From: an uncultured candidate division Zixibacteria bacterium
GTDB lineage: Bacteria > Zixibacteria > MSB-5A5 > UBA10806 > 4484-95
DNA: 64,000 bases
Assembly (NCBI GenBank): GCA_963668625.2
Contig: CAXXKA010000008.1
Location: forward strand, 832,001-896,000
Reading direction: 5' to 3'
The notes under the pieces are model-generated. The model saw only the letters and a program-made list of their open reading frames with translations. It made no database searches and was not told the origin of the DNA. Below, in pieces: positions 61,430 through 64,000 of the stretch; within the stretch, counting starts at the first letter, position 1, and every line of letters begins with the position of its first letter. Made by a program: the position numbers and the translations under genes.

Positions 61430-61828
61430 ATGATTGATCAGCAGAACTGCGGATGGCAAAAAGTAATAGCTCTTATGATGAGTTGTATTATGCTTTCAGT
61501 GGCGTTGACTCCCGGCATAGCAACCGCGCAAACTTGCGAGGAAGGCAAATGGGCGGGCGAGGAGGATGGCAACGCCGCCGGTAGTCCGGCCTGGATATTG
61601 GCCGGTATTGGTTGTGGATGTCTCGGTGTCGCCGGAGCAGCTTTGATTGTCGGCCAGGCGCCGGTGGAGAATTTCATCGGCCAATCGCCTGAATTCATCG
61701 CGTGCTACATGGACTCTTACAAGAAAGCCCGCCGCGAACGCCAGATAACGTATTCGATTATCGGATGGGGGATCTGGATGGTGATCTATTTCGCCGCTAT
61801 TTATCCTGATACTAAAGACGACGATTAA
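61430..61828 (+). CDS. Hypothetical exported/membrane protein
   Basis: Signal peptide (ATA-Q), glycine-rich hydrophobic segment with CGC, C-terminal TM. Confidence 0.65.
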   Translation: MIDQQNCGWQKVIALMMSCIMLSVALTPGIATAQTCEEGKWAGEEDGNAAGSPAWILAGIGCGCLGVAGAALIVGQAPVENFIGQSPEFIACYMDSYKKARRERQITYSIIGWGIWMVIYFAAIYPDTKDDD

Positions 61829-61833
61829 TCGCG

Positions 61834-62562
61834 ATGAGGTTATCCAGCCTGTTTCTGATTAACCGCTATAAGCTCATTTTTTTACTATTTATGCTTATGT
61901 TATCCGGGGTGGCTTATTCCTACTCACTGAAATCCCTGCAAGTTGATTTCTCCAGGTCGGTGCGCACGACCACCGGTGATAATACCTCCTTCGGGACGAT
62001 ATACTATTCCGAAAGCGGACTTTTTAAACTCAAGATTACCGAGCCGTTGAACCAGTGGCTCTTTTTTAACGGTGATAACTATGAAATATATTATCCTGAT
62101 GATAAAAAGGCGTTTCGTTTTTTCAGTAAACTACCTACGGGCCTGCCTTTTTTCGAGACCTTTATAGGAGTTATCAAGGAGGATTACGGCCTTTCCGATA
62201 TCGGCTATACTATCGAGAAACATGAGGTCCGGGCCGATACACTTTTCATGTACTGGAAACCGCCGGACTATCTGAAAGAGAATTTCGGTCGGTATTTGAT
62301 CTGCTACCTCGAGAATAAAATCATCCTCGCCAGTAGCAAAAACGCCGAGCATGAGGTCACTGTCAGATCATACTATTCGGATCATGTCGAATTCAATTCA
62401 GTGTACTTTCCGATGACCATCAAGACCGTAAAATATACCAGGAGCGATTCGACGGTGGAGACAGTAAATTACTCGGGGGAGATATTCAATCAGGACCTGC
62501 CGGAGAATATCCTCGATATGAAAATACCGTCCGATATCGCAGTCAAGGAAATCGAATGGTAG
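61834..62562 (+). CDS. LolA-like / outer-membrane lipoprotein-sorting fold protein
   Basis: Signal peptide; SLQVDFSR..GTIYY..KITEPLNQ..IYYPDDKKA, like the LolA N-terminal pattern. Confidence 0.55.
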   Translation: MRLSSLFLINRYKLIFLLFMLMLSGVAYSYSLKSLQVDFSRSVRTTTGDNTSFGTIYYSESGLFKLKITEPLNQWLFFNGDNYEIYYPDDKKAFRFFSKLPTGLPFFETFIGVIKEDYGLSDIGYTIEKHEVRADTLFMYWKPPDYLKENFGRYLICYLENKIILASSKNAEHEVTVRSYYSDHVEFNSVYFPMTIKTVKYTRSDSTVETVNYSGEIFNQDLPENILDMKIPSDIAVKEIEW

Positions 62563-63017
62563 ATTTGAAGAGCGTGATTCGATTCACATTTTCGGTTTTG
62601 CTATTGTCATTTTCGCATCTTTATGCCGGTAATTATATCGATGACATGAATTTCATCCTCGGCTACGAGCAGGCAACGGAAGTATCGCCACGGCTTGAAA
62701 ATCCCGAAAGTACCCCTCAAGCCAATGAGTTTAAAATGGCGATGACCGGCGCTATCAGGTTTTACCAGGCCGCCATATCCTCGCAGGATTTATCGGTATG
62801 CGTATTCCAGCCGAGTTGCTCGCATTTCGGTATGGATGCTATCAGACATTATGGCCCGATTCATGGCTTGTTGATGACCTCCGATAGGCTGCTTAGATGT
62901 CACAGTTACGGCAAGGTTTATTACCCATACGATTTCAAGCATGATAAAGCGCTGGACTTGCCGCTCGAGAATTTCTACCTGTTTTACGATCCTCGGGATC
63001 ATGGCAGCTATCGATAA
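62556..63017 (+). CDS. YidD-like (membrane protein insertion efficiency factor) protein with signal-peptide extension
   Basis: AIRFYQAAIS..CVFQPSCSHFG..AIRHYG..GLLMTSDRLLRCH. Confidence 0.8.
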   Translation: MVDLKSVIRFTFSVLLLSFSHLYAGNYIDDMNFILGYEQATEVSPRLENPESTPQANEFKMAMTGAIRFYQAAISSQDLSVCVFQPSCSHFGMDAIRHYGPIHGLLMTSDRLLRCHSYGKVYYPYDFKHDKALDLPLENFYLFYDPRDHGSYR

Positions 63018-63046
63018 TCGGTTAACGAGAAAAAAGTAGTGGTGTT

Positions 63047-63940
63047 TTGAAATCGATTTTCCTGATATGCTCGTTATTGTTTTGGCTCATCGGTGTGGCG
63101 CTTTCGTATGGTGATGATTCACTCGAGGTGAATTATTACACGCCGGAAAATATCTACAAATTCGCGAACGCGCTTTATGCCGAGGGCGACTACGCCCGGG
63201 CGGCGGCGGAATACCGGAGATATCTTCATTTCTCGGAAATCACCACTAATGAAAAATCAGCGATTGAGTACGAAATAGGCTTGTGCTATAAGAAAGCTGA
63301 GCAGTACACTAAAGCTATAGATCATTTTCGACTTTCGATAGACTGCTCCGGCAATATCGCCCGCTCCGATACCGCTCATTACCAGATCGGTTTAGCTTAT
63401 TTTGGCAACGAGCAATACGATAATTCCTCGAAATACATAAATACTTTCATAACCGAGGTTAAAAGCGACAGTGTCAAAAATCGGATGAGCGTTATTAGAG
63501 GTATAAATTGTTTGTACCGTAGAAACTGGCAAGATGCCCGAAAAACGATCTCATCTTTCCCGGAGGGATATTGGGATGTTCCCGTGATGAACTGGTTCGA
63601 TAATATCTCGGATCAGGCCTCGCGGATAAATCATAAAAGCCCGCTGGCCGCCGGCGTGATGTCTACACTCATTCCCGGATCGGGTAAAATATATGCCTCG
63701 CGTTTCCGGGATGGTGTTTACTCGATGGTGATAATCGGCCTGACCGCCTGGCAGGCTTATGATGGTTTCGATGAACACGGGACAAACTCTACAAAAGGAT
63801 GGATTTATTCGACCATCGGTGGCGTATTTTATCTGGGCAATATTTACGGCTCGGCGGTAGCCGCTAAAATATATAATAATCAGCAGGAGGATAAATTCCT
63901 AACCCGGCTGGGGGCCGAATTCATTTTATATTTTGATTAA
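63047..63940 (+). CDS. Secreted TPR protein with C-terminal hydrophobic hairpins
   Basis: FANALYAEGDYARAAAEYRRY, further TPRs, KSPLAAGVMSTLIPGSGKIY. Confidence 0.8.
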   Translation: MKSIFLICSLLFWLIGVALSYGDDSLEVNYYTPENIYKFANALYAEGDYARAAAEYRRYLHFSEITTNEKSAIEYEIGLCYKKAEQYTKAIDHFRLSIDCSGNIARSDTAHYQIGLAYFGNEQYDNSSKYINTFITEVKSDSVKNRMSVIRGINCLYRRNWQDARKTISSFPEGYWDVPVMNWFDNISDQASRINHKSPLAAGVMSTLIPGSGKIYASRFRDGVYSMVIIGLTAWQAYDGFDEHGTNSTKGWIYSTIGGVFYLGNIYGSAVAAKIYNNQQEDKFLTRLGAEFILYFD

Positions 63941-64000
63941 TTCGAGATACGTGTTCATAATATCGATCTTGATAAGTTTCATAACTTATCCCCTCGCCGC

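Noticed and set aside
1-64000. rRNA, tRNA, CRISPR arrays, prophage or defence genes
   Set aside because: None recognised by eye; small RNAs could be missed without covariance-model searches

Overview
Bacterial chromosomal window, about 45-50% GC in coding DNA with AT-rich intergenics. Two secreted proteins carry duplicated dockerin-like 'GDVNGD..IIGSDVTYLVNYFR' modules, which suggests a Zixibacteria-like anaerobe (inference only). Most of the window is housekeeping, transport and envelope genes: DAACS, CorA, three MscS, a CPA1 antiporter, an MCP with cheW, gdhA, ilvC, a DHS-like gene, a minimal SufC/SufB (SmsCB-like) pair, a TonB-dependent receptor, OmpA and a C25 protease. Mobile DNA comprises one IS110 element with a structured upstream non-coding end (bridge-RNA candidate), two MITEs (one with a 9-bp target-site duplication) and REP-like remnants. 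No rRNA, tRNA or CRISPR array was recognised. Best candidates for undescribed biology: (1) a kinase / Rossmann-PAS histidine kinase / receiver-GcvH fusion (no lipoyl Lys) / two DJ-1 cluster at 40.9-45.9 kb; (2) a long KamA-family radical SAM gene split by one in-frame TGA followed by a SECIS-like hairpin, plus a methyltransferase-ATP-grasp fusion elsewhere in the window; (3) three tandem DnaA boxes in front of an orphan DnaC/IstB-like ATPase; (4) an in-frame low-GC block of about 1 kb inside a transglutaminase-like gene. All family calls come from motif recognition by eye; no database searches were run.
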